From Eledone cirrhosa (Eukaryota), in assembly GCA_964016885.1 (NCBI GenBank), contig OZ024741.1:15376001-15440000 (forward strand): a stretch of 64,000 nucleotides of DNA, read 5' to 3'. The position numbers were made by a program, and so were the translations under genes. Shown one piece after another: positions 26,446-42,600 of the stretch. Under the pieces are notes generated by a model. The model did not search any database and was not told the DNA's origin. It was given only the letters and a program-made list of their open reading frames with translations. Each line of letters starts with the position of its first letter. Position 1 is the stretch's first letter.

Positions 26446-26645
26446 NNNNNNNNNNNNNNNNNNNNNNNNNNNNNNNNNNNNNNNNNNNNNNNNNNNNNNN
26501 NNNNNNNNNNNNNNNNNNNNNNNNNNNNNNNNNNNNNNNNNNNNNNNNNNNNNNNNNNNNNNNNNNNNNNNNNNNNNNNNNNNNNNNNNNNNNNNNNNNN
26601 NNNNNNNNNNNNNNNNNNNNNNNNNNNNNNNNNNNNNNNNNNNNN
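26446..26645. other. Assembly gap (200 N)
   Basis: Run of N. Confidence 1.
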
Positions 26646-26723
26646 TTGTATTCTTATCTATCCACCTATCTATATCTCTTTCCGTCTGTCTCCCAGTTCC
26701 TCTGCTAATGGACTCACCAGAGA

Positions 26724-26938
26724 ACCACCAGTCGCAGCAACAACACCACCAACACCACCACCAGCAGCAACAATACCACCACAACCAGCAGCAACAGCAG
26801 CAACAACAGCAGCAGCAGCAACAATACCACCACCGGCAGTCGCAGCAACAACAGCACCAACACCAGCAGCAACAGCAGCAGCAGCAGCAACAATACCACC
26901 ACCAGCAGTCGCAGCAACAACAGCACCAACACCACAAC

Positions 26939-26970
<32 letters not shown>

Positions 26971-27660
26971 CCACCACCACCACCACCACCAGCAGCAGCA
27001 ACAATACCACCACCACCAGCAGCAACAACAGCAGCAGCAGCAACAACACCACACCAGCAGCAACAACAGCAGCAGCAGCAACAACACCACCAGCAGCAAC
27101 AACAGCAGCAGCAGCAACAACACCACCACCAGCAGCAACAACAGCAGCAGCAGCAACAATACCACCACCACAGAGCAGCAACAACAGCAGCAGCAGCAAC
27201 AACACCACCACCAGCAGCAACAACAGCAGCAGCAGCAACAACACCACCACCAGCAGCAACAACAGCAGCAGCAGCAACAACACCACCACCAGCAGCAGCA
27301 ACAGCAGCAGCAGCAACAACACCACCACCAGCAACAGCACCACCACCAGCAGCAACAACAGCAGCAGCAGCAACAACACCACCAGCAGCAGCAACAGCAG
27401 CAGCAGCAACAACACCACCACCAGCAGCAACAACAGCAGCAGCAGCAACAACACCACCACCAGCAGCAGCAAAAGCAGCAGCAGCTACAACACCACCACC
27501 AGCAGCAACAACAGCAGCAGCAGCAACAACACCGCCACCAGCAGCAAAAACAGCAGCAGCAGCAGCAACAACGCCACCACCAGCAGCAACAACAGCAGCA
27601 GCAACAACACCACCATCAGCAGCAACAACAGCAGCAACAGCAACAACACCACCACCAGCA
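26724..27660. repeat. CAG/CAA/CAC compound trinucleotide minisatellite (~33-bp units)
   Basis: ccagcagcaacaacagcagcagcagcaacaacaccacca units. Confidence 0.9.
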
Positions 27661-30600
27661 GCAACAACTGCAGCATCAATAACACAGCAATTGTAACAGC
27701 AGCAACAACAACTGCATCAGTAGCATCAATAACACAGCAATTGCAACAGCAGCAACAACGACAACTGCAACAGTAGCATCAATAACACAGCAATTGCAAC
27801 AGTAGAAACAACAACAACTGCAACAGTATCATCAATAACACAGCAATTGCAACAGCAGCAACAACAACATCTGCAACAGAAGCATCAATATCACAGAAAT
27901 TACAACAGCAGCAACAACAACAACTGCAACAGTAGCATCAATAACACAGCAATTGCAACAGCAGCAGCAACAACAACTGCAACACTAGCATCAATAACAC
28001 AGCAATTGCAACAGCAGCAACAACGACAACTGCAGCAGTAGCATAAATAACACAACAATTGCAACAGCAGCAGCAACAACAACTGCAACACTAGCATCAA
28101 TAACACAGCAAATGCAACAGCAGCAGCATCAACAACTGCAACAGTAGCATCAATAACACAGCAATTGCAACAGCAGCAACAACAACAACTGCAGCAGTAG
28201 CATCAATAACACAACAATTGCAACAGCAGAAACAACATTAACTGCAACAGTAGCATCAATAACACAGCAATTGCAACAGCAGCAACAACAACAACTGCAA
28301 CAGTATCATCAATAACACATCAATTGCAACAGCAGCAACAACAACTGCAACAGTAGCATCAATAACACAGCAATTGCAACAGCAACAACAACAACTGCAA
28401 CAGTAGCATCAATAACACAGCAATTGCAACAGCAGCAACAACAACAACTGCAACAGTAGCATCAATACCACAGCAATTGCAACAGCAGCAACAACAACTG
28501 CAGCAGTAGCATATAACACAGCAATTGCAACAGCAGCAACAACAACAACTGCAACAGAAGCATCAATATCACAGCAATTGCAACAGCAGCAACAACAACA
28601 ACTGCAGCAGTAGCATCAATAACACAGCAATTGCAACAGCACAAACAACAACAACTGCAACAGTAGCATCAATAACACAGCAATTGCAACAGCAGCAACA
28701 ACAATAACTGCAACAGTAGCATCAATAACACAGCAATTGCAACAGCAGCAACAACAACTGCAACAGTAGCATCAATAACACAGCAATTGCAACAGCAGCA
28801 GCAACAACAACTGCAACAGTAGCATCAATAACAAAGCAATTGCAACAGCAGCAACAACAACTGCAACAGTATCATCAATAACACAGCAATTGCAACAGCA
28901 GCAACAACAAAAACTGCAACAGTAGCACCAATAACACAACGATTGCAACAGAAGCAACAACAACTGCAACAGTAGCATCAATAACACAGCAATTGCAACA
29001 GCAGTAGCAACAACAACTGCAACAGTAGCATCAATAACAAAGCAATTGCAACAGCAGCAACAACAACAACTGCAAGAGTAGCATCAATAACACAGCAAAT
29101 GCAACAGCAGCAACAACAACAACTGCAACAGTAACATCAATAACACAGCAATTGCAACAGCAGCAACAACAAAAACTGCAACAGTAGCACCAATAACACA
29201 ACGATTGCAACAGAAGCAACAACATCTGCAACAGTAGCATCAATAACACAGCAATTGCAACAGCAGTAGCAACAACAACTGCAACAGTAGCATCAATAAC
29301 AAAGCAGTTGCAACAGCAGCAACAACAACAACTGCAAGAGTAGCATCAATAACACAGCAATTGCAACAGCAGCAACAACGACAACTGCAGCAGTAGCATC
29401 AATAACACATCAATTGCAACAGCAGCAACAACAACAACTGCAACAGTATCATCAATAACACAGCAATTGCAACAGCAGCCACAACAACAACTGCACCAGT
29501 AGCTTCAATAACACAGCAATTTCAACAGCAGCAACAACGACAACTGCAGCAGTAGCATCAATAACACATCAATTGCAACAGCAGCAACAACAACAACTGC
29601 AACAGTATCATCAATAACACAGCAATTGCAACAGCAGCCACAACAACAACTGCACCAGTAGCTTCAATAACACAGCAATTTCAACAGCAACAACAACAAC
29701 TGCAATAGTAGCATCAATAACACAGCAATTGCAACAGCAGCAACAACAACAACTGCAACACTAGCATCAATAACACAGCAAATGCAACAACAGCAACAAC
29801 AACAACTGCAACAGTAGCATCAATAACACAGCAATTGCAACAGCAGCAACAACAACTGCAACAGTAGCATCAATAACACAGCAATTGCAACAGCAGAAAC
29901 AACAACAACTGCAACAGTATCATCAATAACACAGCAATTGCAACAGCAGCAACAACAACAACTGCAGCAGTAGCATCAATAACACAGCAATTGCAACAGC
30001 AGCAACAACAAAAACTGCAACAGCAGCATCAATAACACAGCAATTGCAACAGCAGAAACAACAATAACTGCAACAGTAGCATCAATAACACAGCAATTGC
30101 AACAGCAGCAACAACAACAACTGCAACAGTAGCATCAATAACACAGCAATTGCAACAGCAGCAACAACATCTGCAACAGTAGCATCAATAACACGGCAAT
30201 TGCAACAGCAGAAACAACAACAACTGCAACAGTATCATCAATAACACAGCAATTGCAACAGCAGCAACAACAAAAACTGCAACAGTAGCATCAATAACAC
30301 AGCAATTGCAACAGCAGCAACAACAACAACTGCAACAGTATCATCAATAACACATCAATTGCAACAGCAGCAACAACATCTGCAACAGTAGCATCAATAA
30401 CACAGCAATTGCGACAGCAGCAACAACATCTGCAACAGTAGCATCAATAACACGGCAATTGCAACAGCAGCAACAACAACTGCAACAGCAGCATCAATAA
30501 CACAGCAATTGCAACAGCAGCAACAACATCTGCAACAGTAGCATCAATAACACAACAATTGCAACAGCAGCAACAACATCTGCAACAGTAGCATCAATAA

Positions 30601-33600
30601 CACGGCAATTGCAACAGCAGCAACAACAACTGCAACAGCAGCATCAATAACACAGCAATTGCAACAGCAGCAACAACAACTGCAACAGTAGCATCAATAA
30701 CACAGCAATTGCAACAGCAGCAACAACATCTGCAACAGTAGCATCAATAACACAGCAATTGCAACAGCAGCAACAACAACTGCAACAGCAGCATCAATAA
30801 CACAACAATTGCAACAGCAGCAACAACAACTGAAACAGTAGCATCAATAACACAGCAATTGCAACAGCAGCAACAACAACAACTGCAACAGTAGCATCAA
30901 TAACAAAGCAATTGCAACAGCAGCAACAACAACTGCAACAGTAGCATCAATAACACAGCAATTGCAACAGCAGCAACAACAACTGCAACAGCAGCATCAA
31001 TAACACAGCAATTGCAACAGCAGCAACAACATCTGCAACAGTAGCATCAATAACACAGCAATTGCAACAGCAGCAACAACACCTGCAACAGTAGCATCAA
31101 TAACACAGCAATTGCAACAGCAGCAACAACAACAACTGCAACAGTAGCATCAATAACACAGCAATTGCAACAGCAGCAACAACATCTGCAACAGTTGCAT
31201 CAATAACACAGCAAATGCAACAGCAGCAACAACAACTGCAACAGCAGCATCAATAACACAACAATTGCAACAGCAGCAACAACAACTGAAACAGTAGCAT
31301 CAATAACACAGCAATTGCAACAGCAGCAACAACAACAACTGCAACAGTAGCATCAATAACACAGCAATTGCAACAGCAGCAACAACAACTGCAACAGTAG
31401 CATCAATAACACAACAATTGCAACAGCAGCACCAACAACAACTGCAACAGTAGCATCAATAACACAGCAATTGCAACAGCAGCAGCAACAACAACTGCAA
31501 CACTAGCATCAATAACACAGCAATTGCAACAGCAGCAACAACGACAACTGCAGCAGTAGCATAAATAACACAACAATTGCAACAGCAGCAGCAACAACAA
31601 CTGCAACACTAGCATCAATAACACAGCAAATGCAACAGCAGCAGCATCAACAACTGCAACAGTAGCATCAATAACACAGCAATTGCAACAGCAGCAACAA
31701 CAACAACTGCAGCAGTAGCATCAATAACACAGCAATTGCAACAGCAGCCACAACAACAACTGCACCAGTAGCTTCAATAACACAGCAATTTCAACAGCAG
31801 CAACAACGACAACTGCAGCAGTAGCATCAATAACACATCAATTGCAACAGCAGCAACAACAACAACTGCAACAGTATCATCAATAACACAGCAATTGCAA
31901 CAGCAGCCACAACAACAACTGCACCAGTAGCTTCAATAACACAGCAATTTCAACAGCAACAACAACAACTGCAATAGTAGCATCAATAACACAGCAATTG
32001 CAACAGCAGCAACAACAACAACTGCAACACTAGCATCAATAACACAGCAAATGCAACAACAGCAACAACAACAACTGCAACAGTAGCATCAATAACACAG
32101 CAATTGCAACAGCAGCAACAACAACTGCAACAGTAGCATCAATAACACAGCAATTGCAACAGCAGCAACAACAAAAACTGCAACAGCAGCATCAATAACA
32201 CAGCAATTGCAACAGCAGAAACAACAATAACTGCAACAGTAGCATCAATAACACAGCAATTGCAACAGCAGCAACAACAACAACTGCAACAGTAGCATCA
32301 ATAACACAGCAATTGCAACAGCAGCAACAACATCTGCAACAGTAGCATCAATAACACGGCAATTGCAACAGCAGAAACAACAACAACTGCAACAGTATCA
32401 TCAATAACACAGCAATTGCAACAGCAGCAACAACAAAAACTGCAACAGTAGCATCAATAACACAGCAATTGCAACAGCAGCAACAACAACAACTGCAACA
32501 GTATCATCAATAACACATCAATTGCAACAGCAGCAACAACATCTGCAACAGTAGCATCAATAACACAGCAATTGCGACAGCAGCAACAACATCTGCAACA
32601 GTAGCATCAATAACACGGCAATTGCAACAGCAGCAACAACAACTGCAACAGCAGCATCAATAACACAGCAATTGCAACAGCAGCAACAACATCTGCAACA
32701 GTAGCATCAATAACACAACAATTGCAACAGCAGCAACAACATCTGCAACAGTAGCATCAATAACACGGCAATTGCAACAGCAGCAACAACAACTGCAACA
32801 GCAGCATCAATAACACAGCAATTGCAACAGCAGCAACAACAACTGCAACAGTAGCATCAATAACACAGCAATTGCAACAGCAGCAACAACATCTGCAACA
32901 GTAGCATCAATAACACAGCAATTGCAACAGCAGCAACAACAACTGCAACAGCAGCATCAATAACACAACAATTGCAACAGCAGCAACAACAACTGAAACA
33001 GTAGCATCAATAACACAGCAATTGCAACAGCAGCAACAACAACAACTGCAACAGTAGCATCAATAACAAAGCAATTGCAACAGCAGCAACAACAACTGCA
33101 ACAGTAGCATCAATAACACAGCAATTGCAACAGCAGCAACAACAACTGCAACAGCAGCATCAATAACACAGCAATTGCAACAGCAGCAACAACATCTGCA
33201 ACAGTAGCATCAATAACACAGCAATTGCAACAGCAGCAACAACACCTGCAACAGTAGCATCAATAACACAGCAATTGCAACAGCAGCAACAACAACAACT
33301 GCAACAGTAGCATCAATAACACAGCAATTGCAACAGCAGCAACAACATCTGCAACAGTTGCATCAATAACACAGCAAATGCAACAGCAGCAACAACAACT
33401 GCAACAGCAGCATCAATAACACAACAATTGCAACAGCAGCAACAACAACTGAAACAGTAGCATCAATAACACAGCAATTGCAACAGCAGCAACAACAACA
33501 ACTGCAACAGTAGCATCAATAACACAGCAATTGCAACAGCAGCAACAACAACTGCAACAGTAGCATCAATAACACAACAATTGCAACAGCAGCACCAACA

Positions 33601-36600
33601 ACAACTGCAACAGTAGCATCAATAACACAGCAATTGCAACAGCAGCAGCAACAACAACTGCAACACTAGCATCAATAACACAGCAATTGCAACAGCAGCA
33701 ACAACGACAACTGCAGCAGTAGCATAAATAACACAACAATTGCAACAGCAGCAGCAACAACAACTGCAACACTAGCATCAATAACACAGCAAATGCAACA
33801 GCAGCAGCATCAACAACTGCAACAGTAGCATCAATAACACAGCAATTGCAACAGCAGCAACAACAACAACTGCAGCAGTAGCATCAATAACACAACAATT
33901 GCAACAGCAGAAACAACATTAACTGCAACAGTAGCATCAATAACACAGCAATTGCAACAGCAGCAACAACAACAACTGCAACAGTATCATCAATAACACA
34001 TCAATTGCAACAGCAGCAACAACAACTGCAACAGTAGCATCAATAACACAGCAATTGCAACAGCAACAACAACAACTGCAACAGTAGCATCAATAACACA
34101 GCAATTGCAACAGCAGCAACAACAACAACTGCAACAGTAGCATCAATACCACAGCAATTGCAACAGCAGCAACAACAACTGCAGCAGTAGCATATAACAC
34201 AGCAATTGCAACAGCAGCAACAACAACAACTGCAACAGAAGCATCAATATCACAGCAATTGCAACAGCAGCAACAACAACAACTGCAGCAGTAGCATCAA
34301 TAACACAGCAATTGCAACAGCAGAAACAACAACAACTGCAACAGTAGCATCAATAACACAGCAATTGCAACAGCAGCAACAACAATAACTGCAACAGTAG
34401 CATCAATAACACAGCAATTGCAACAGCAGCAACAACAACTGCAACAGTAGCATCAATAACACAGCAATTGCAACAGCAGCAGCAACAACAACTGCAACAG
34501 CAGCATCAATAACAAAGCAATTGCAACAGCAGCAACAACAACTGCAACAGTATCATCAATAACACAGCAATTGCAACAGCAGCAACAACAAAAACTGCAA
34601 CAGTAGCACCAATAACACAACGATTGCAACAGAAGCAACAACAACTGCAACAGTAGCATCAATAACACAGCAATTGCAACAGCAGTAGCAACAACAACTG
34701 CAACAGTAGCATCAATAACAAAGCAATTGCAACAGCAGCAACAACAACAACTGCAAGAGTAGCATCAATAACACAGCAAATGCAACAGCAGCAACAACAA
34801 CAACTGCAACAGTAACATCAATAACACAGCAATTGCAACAGCAGCAACAACAAAAACTGCAACAGTAGCACCAATAACACAACGATTGCAACAGAAGCAA
34901 CAACATCTGCAACAGTAGCATCAATAACACAGCAATTGCAACAGCAGTAGCAACAACAACTGCAACAGTAGCATCAATAACAAAGCAGTTGCAACAGCAG
35001 CAACAACAACAACTGCAAGAGTAGCATCAATAACACAGCAAATGCAACAGCAGCAGCAACAACAACTGCAACAGTAGCATCAATAACACAGCAATTGCAA
35101 CAGCAGCAACAACGACAACTGCAGCAGTAGCATCAATAACACATCAATTGCAACAGCAGCAACAACAACAACTGCAACAGTATCATCAATAACACAGCAA
35201 TTGCAACAGCAGCAACAACAACAACTGCAACACTAGCATCAATAACACAGCAAATGCAACAACAGCAACAACAACAACTGCAACAGTAGCATCAATAACA
35301 CAGCAATTGCAACAGCAGCAACAACAACTGCAACAGTAGCATCAATAACACAGCAATTGCAACAGCAGAAACAACAACAACTGCAACAGTATCATCAATA
35401 ACACAGCAATTGCAACAGCAGCAACAACAACAACTGCAGCAGTAGCATCAATAACACAGCAATTGCAACAGCAGCAACAACAAAAACTGCAACAGCAGCA
35501 TCAATAACACAGCAATTGCAACAGCAGAAACAACAATAACTGCAACAGTAGCATCAATAACACAGCAATTGCAACAGCAGCAACAACAACAACTGCAACA
35601 GTAGCATCAATAACACAGCAATTGCAACAGCAGCAACAACATCTGCAACAGTAGCATCAATAACACGGCAATTGCAACAGCAGAAACAACAACAACTGCA
35701 ACAGTATCATCAATAACACAGCAATTGCAACAGCAGCAACAACAAAAACTGCAACAGTAGCATCAATAACACAGCAATTGCAACAGCAGCAACAACAACA
35801 ACTGCAACAGTATCATCAATAACACATCAATTGCAACAGCAGCAACAACATCTGCAACAGTAGCATCAATAACACAGCAATTGCGACAGCAGCAACAACA
35901 TCTGCAACAGTAGCATCAATAACACGGCAATTGCAACAGCAGCAACAACAACTGCAACAGCAGCATCAATAACACAGCAATTGCAACAGCAGCAACAACA
36001 TCTGCAACAGTAGCATCAATAACACAACAATTGCAACAGCAGCAACAACATCTGCAACAGTAGCATCAATAACACGGCAATTGCAACAGCAGCAACACAA
36101 CTGCAACAGCAGCATCAATAACACAGCAATTGCAACAGCAGCAACAACAACTGCAACAGTAGCATCAATAACACAGCAATTGCAACAGCAGCAACAACAT
36201 CTGCAACAGTAGCATCAATAACACAGCAATTGCAACAGCAGCAACAACAACTGCAACAGCAGCATCAATAACACAACAATTGCAACAGCAGCAACAACAA
36301 CTGAAACAGTAGCATCAATAACACAGCAATTGCAACAGCAGCAACAACAACAACTGCAACAGTAGCATCAATAACAAAGCAATTGCAACAGCAGCAACAA
36401 CAACTGCAACAGTAGCATCAATAACACAGCAATTGCAACAGCAGCAACAACAACTGCAACAGCAGCATCAATAACACAGCAATTGCAACAGCAGCAACAA
36501 CATCTGCAACAGTAGCATCAATAACACAGCAATTGCAACAGCAGCAACAACACCTGCAACAGTAGCATCAATAACACAGCAATTGCAACAGCAGCAACAA

Positions 36601-39600
36601 CAACAACTGCAACAGTAGCATCAATAACACAGCAATTGCAACAGCAGCAACAACATCTGCAACAGTTGCATCAATAACACAGCAATTGCAACAGCAGCAA
36701 CAACAACTGCAACAGCAGCATCAATAACACAACAATTGCAACAGCAGCAACAACAACTGAAACAGTAGCATCAATAACACAGCAATTGCAACAGCAGCAA
36801 CAACAACAACTGCAACAGTAGCATCAATAACACAGCAATTGCAACAGCAGCAACAACAACTGCAACAGTAGCATCAATAACACAACAATTGCAACAGCAG
36901 CACCTACAACAACTGCAACAGTAGCATCAATAACACAGCAATTGCAACAGCAGCAACAACAACTGCAACAGTAGTATCAATAACACAGCAATTGCAACAG
37001 CAGCAACAACAACTGCAACAGCAGCATCAATAACACAGCAATTGCAACAGCAGCAACAACATCTGCAACAGTAGCATCAATAACACAGCAATTGCAACAG
37101 CAGCAACAACAACTGCAACAGTAGCATCACTAACACAGCAATTGCAACAGCAGCAACAACAACTGCAACAGCAGCATCAATAACACAACAATTGCAACAG
37201 CAACAACAACAACTGCAACAGTAGCATCAATAACACAGCAATTGCAACGGCAGCAACAACAACTGAAACAGTAGCATCAATAACACAGCAATTGCAACAG
37301 CAGCAACAACAACAACTGCAACAGTAGCATCAATAACACAGCAATTGCAACAGCAGCAACAACAACTGCAACAGTAGCATCAATAACACAGCAATTGCAA
37401 CAGCAGCAACAACAAAAACTGCAACAGTAGCATCAATAACACAGCAATTGCAACAGCAGCAACAACAACAACTGCAACAGTAGCATCAATAACACAGCAA
37501 TTGCAACAGCAGCAACAACATCTGCAACAGTAGCATCAATAACACGGCAATTGCAACAGCAGCAACAACAACAACTGCAACAGTATCATCAATAACACAG
37601 CAATTGCAACAGCAGCAACAACAACTGCAACAGCAGCATCAATAACACAACAATTGCAACAGCAGCAACAACAACAACTGAAACAGTAGCATCAATAACA
37701 CAGCAATTGCAACAGCAGCAACAACAACAACTGCAACAGTAGCATCAATAACACAGCAATTGCAACAGCAGCAACAACAACAACTGCAAGAGTAGCATCA
37801 ATAACACAGCAATTGCAACAGCAGCAACAACAACAACTGCAACAGTAGCATCAATAACACAGCAATTGCAACAGCAACAACAACAACTGCAACAGTAGCA
37901 TCAATATCACAGCAATTGCAACAACAGCAGCAACAACAACTGCAACAGTAGCATCAATAACACAGCAATTGCAACAGCAGCAACAACAACAACTGCAACA
38001 GTAGCATCAATAACACAGCAATTGCAACAGCAGCAACAACAACTGCAACAGCAGAATCAATAACACAACAATTGCAACAGCAGCAACAACAACAACTGAA
38101 ACAGTAGCATCAATAACACAGCAATTGCAACAGCAGCAACAACAACAACTGCAACAGTAGCATCAATAACACATCAATTGCAACAGCAGCAACAACAACA
38201 ACTGCAACAGTAACATCAATAACACAGCAATTGCAACAGCAGCAACAACAACAACTGCAACAGTAACATCAATAACACAGCAATTGCAACAGCAGCAACA
38301 ACATCTGCAACAGTAGCATCAATAACAGAGCAATTGCAACAGCAGCAACAACAACAACCGCAACAGTAGCATAAATAACACATCAATTGCAACAGCAGCA
38401 ACAACAACTGCAACAGTAGCAACAATAACACAGCAATTGCAACAGCAACAACAACAACTGCAACAGTAGCATCAATAACACAGCAACTGTAACAGCAACA
38501 ACAACAACTGCAACAGTAGCATCAATAACACAGCAATTGCAACAACAGCAACAACAACAACTGCAGCAGTAGCATATAACACAGCAATTGCAACAGCAGC
38601 AACAACAAGAACTGCAACAGAAGCATCAATAGCACAGCAATTGCAACAGCAGCAGCAACAACAACTGCAACAGTAGCATCAATAACAAAGCAATTGCAAC
38701 AGCAGCAGCAACAACAACTGCAACAGTAGCATCAATAACACAGCAATTGCAACAGCAGCAGCAACAACAACTGCAACAGTAGCATCAATAACACAGCAAT
38801 TGCAACAGCAGCAACAACAACAACTGCAAGAGTAGCATCAATAACACAGCAATTGCAACAGCAGCAGCAACAACAACTGCAACACTAGCATCAATAACAC
38901 AGCAAATGCAACAGCAGCAGCAACAACAACTGCAGCAGTAGCATCAATACCACAACAATTGCAACAGCAGCAACAACATCTGCAACAGTAGCATCAATAA
39001 CACCACAATTGCAACAGCAGCAACAACTTCTGCAACAGTAGCATCAATAACACAGCAATTGCAACAGCAGCAACAACAACAACTGCAACAGTATCATCAA
39101 TAACACATCAATTGCAACAGCAGCAACAACAACTGCAACAGTAGCATCAATAACACAGCAATTGCAACAGCAACAACAACAACTGCAACAGTAGCATCAA
39201 TAACACAGCAATTGCAACAGCAGTAACAACAACAACTGCAACAGTATCATCAATAACACATCAATTGCAACAGCAGCAACAACAACTGCAACAGTAGCAT
39301 CAATAACACAGCAATTGCAACAGCAACAACAACAACTGCAACAGTAGCATCAATAACACAGCAATTGCAACAGCAGCAACAACAACAACTGCAACAGTAG
39401 CATCAATAATACAGCAATTGCAACAGCAGCAACAACAACAACTGCAGCACTAGCGTCAATAACACAGCAATTGCAACAGCAGTAACAACAACTGCAACAG
39501 TAGCATCAATAACACAGCAATTGCAACAGCAGCAACAACAACAACTGCAACAGTAGCATCAATAATACAGCAATTGCAACAGCAGCAACAACAACAACTG

Positions 39601-42600
39601 CAGCAGTAGCGTCAATAACACAGCAATTGCAACAGCAGTAACAACAACTGCAACAGTAGCATCAATAACACAGCAATTGCAACAGCAGTAACAACAACTG
39701 CAGCAGTAGCGTCAATAACACAGCAATTGCAACAGCAGTAACAACAACTGCAACAGTAGCATCAATAACACAGCAATTGCAACAGCAGCAACAACAACAA
39801 CTGCAACAGTAGCATCAATAATACAGCAATTGCAACAGCAGAAACAACAACAACTGCAATAGTTGCATCAATAACACAACAATTGCAACAGCAGCAACAA
39901 CAACTGCAACAGTAGCGTCAATAACACAGCAATTGCAACAGCAGTAACAACAACTGCAGCAGTAGCGTCAATAACACAGCAATTGCAACAGCAGTAACAA
40001 CAACTGCAACAGTAGCATCAATAACACAGCAATTGCAACAGCAGCAACAACAACAACTGCAACAGTTGCATCAATAACACAGCAATTGCAACAGCAACAA
40101 CAACAACTGCAACGGTAGCATCAATAACACAGCAATTGCAACAACAGCAACAACAACAACTGCAGCAGTAGCATATAACACAGCAATTGCAACAGCAGCA
40201 ACAACAACAACTGCAACAGAAGCATCAACATCACAGCAATTGCAACAGCAGCAGCAACAACAACTGCAACAGTAGCATCAATATCACAGCAATTGCAACA
40301 GCAGCAGCAACAACAACTGCAACAGTAGCATCAATAACACAGCAATTGCAACAGCAGCAACAACAACAACTGCAACAGTAGCATCAATAACACAGCAATT
40401 GCAACAGCAGCAGCAACAACAACTGCAACACTAGCATCAATAACACAGCAAATGCAACAGCAGCAGCAACAACAACTGCAACAGTAGCATCAATAACACA
40501 GCAATTGCAACAGCAGCAACAACGACAACTGCAGCAGTAGCATAAATAACACAACAATTGCAACAGCAGAAACAACATTAACTGCAACAGTAGCATCAAT
40601 AACAAAGCAATTGCAACAGCAGCAACAACAACAACTGCAACAGTTGCATCAATAACACAGCAATTGCAACAGCAGCAACAACAACAACTGCAAGAGTAGC
40701 ATCAATAACACAGCAATTGCAACAGCAGCAGCAACAACAACTGCAACAGTAGCATCAATAACACAGCAATTGCAACAGCAGCAACAACGACAACTGCAGC
40801 AGTAGCATCAATAACACAACAATTGCAACAGCAGCAACAACAACTGCAACAGTAGCATCAATAACACAGCAATTGCAACAGCAACAACAACAACTGCAAC
40901 AGTAGCATCAATAACACAGCAATTGCAACAGCAGCAACAACAGCAACTGCAGCAGTAGCATCAATAACACAGCAATTGCAACTGCAGAAACAACAACAAC
41001 TGCAACCGTTGCATCAATAACACAGCAATTGCAACAGCAGCAACAACAAAAACTGCAACATTAGCATCAATAACACAGTAATTGCAACAGCAGCAACAAC
41101 AACAACTGCAACATTAGCATCAATAACACAGCAATTGCAACAGCAGCAACAACAACAACTGCAACAGTAGCATCAATAACACAGCAATTGCAACAGCAGC
41201 AACAACAACAACTGCAACATTAGCATCAATAACACAGCAATTGCAAGAGCAGCAACAACAACAAATGCAACAGTAGCATCAATAACACAGCAATTGCAAC
41301 AGCAGCAACAACAACAACTGCAACATTAGCATCGATAACACAGCAATTGCAACAGCAGCAACAACAAAAACTGCAACAGTAGCATCAATAACACAGCAAT
41401 TGCAACAACAGCAACGACAACAACTGCAACATTAGCATCAATAACACAGCAATTGCAACAGCAGCAACAACAACAACTGAAACAGTAGCATCAATAACAC
41501 AGCAATTGCAACAGCAGCAACAACAACAACTGCAACAGTAGCATCAATAACACAGCAATTGCAACAGCAGCAACAACAACAACTGCAACAGTAACATCAA
41601 TAACACAGCAATTGCAACAGCAGCAACAACATCTGCAACAGTAGCATCAATAACACAGCAATTGCAACAGCAACAACAACAACTGCAACAGTAGCATCAA
41701 TAACACAGCAATTGCAACTGCAACAACAACAACTGCAACAGTAGCAACAATAACACAGCAATTGCAACAGCAACAACAACAACTGCAACAGTAGCATCAA
41801 TAACACAGCAACTGTAACCGCAACAACAACAACTGCAACAGTAGCATCAATAACACAGCAATTGCAACAACAGCAACAACAACAACTGCAGCAGTAGCAT
41901 ATAACACAGCAATTGCAACAGCAGCAACAACAACAACTGCAACACAAGCATCAATATCACAGCAATTGCAACAGCAGCAGCAACAACAACTGCAACAGTA
42001 GCATCAATAACAAAGCAATTGCAACAGCAGCAGCAACAACAACTACAACAGTAGCATCAATAACAAAGCAATTGCAACAGCAGCAACAACAACAACTGCA
42101 ACAGTAGCATCAATATCACAGCAATTGCAACAGCAGCAGCAACAACAACTGCAACAGTAGCATCAATAACACAGCAATTGCAACAGCAGCAACAACAACA
42201 ACTGCAGCAGTAGCATCAATAACACAGCAATTGCAACTGCAGAAACAACAACAACTGCAACAGTTGCATCAATAACACAGCAATTGCAACAGCAGCAACA
42301 ACAACAACTGCAACATTAGCATCAATAACACAGCAATTGCAACAGCAGCAACAACAACAACTGCAACAGTATCATCAATAACACAGCAATTGCAACAGCA
42401 GCAACAACAACAACTGAAACAGTAGCATCAATAACACAGCAATTGCAACAGCAGCAACAACAACTGCAACAGCAGCATCAATAACACAACAATTTGAACA
42501 ACAGCAAAAACAACAACTGAAACAGTAGCATCAATAACACAGCAATTGCAACAGCAGCAACAACAACAACTGCAACAGTAGCATCAATAACACAGCAATT

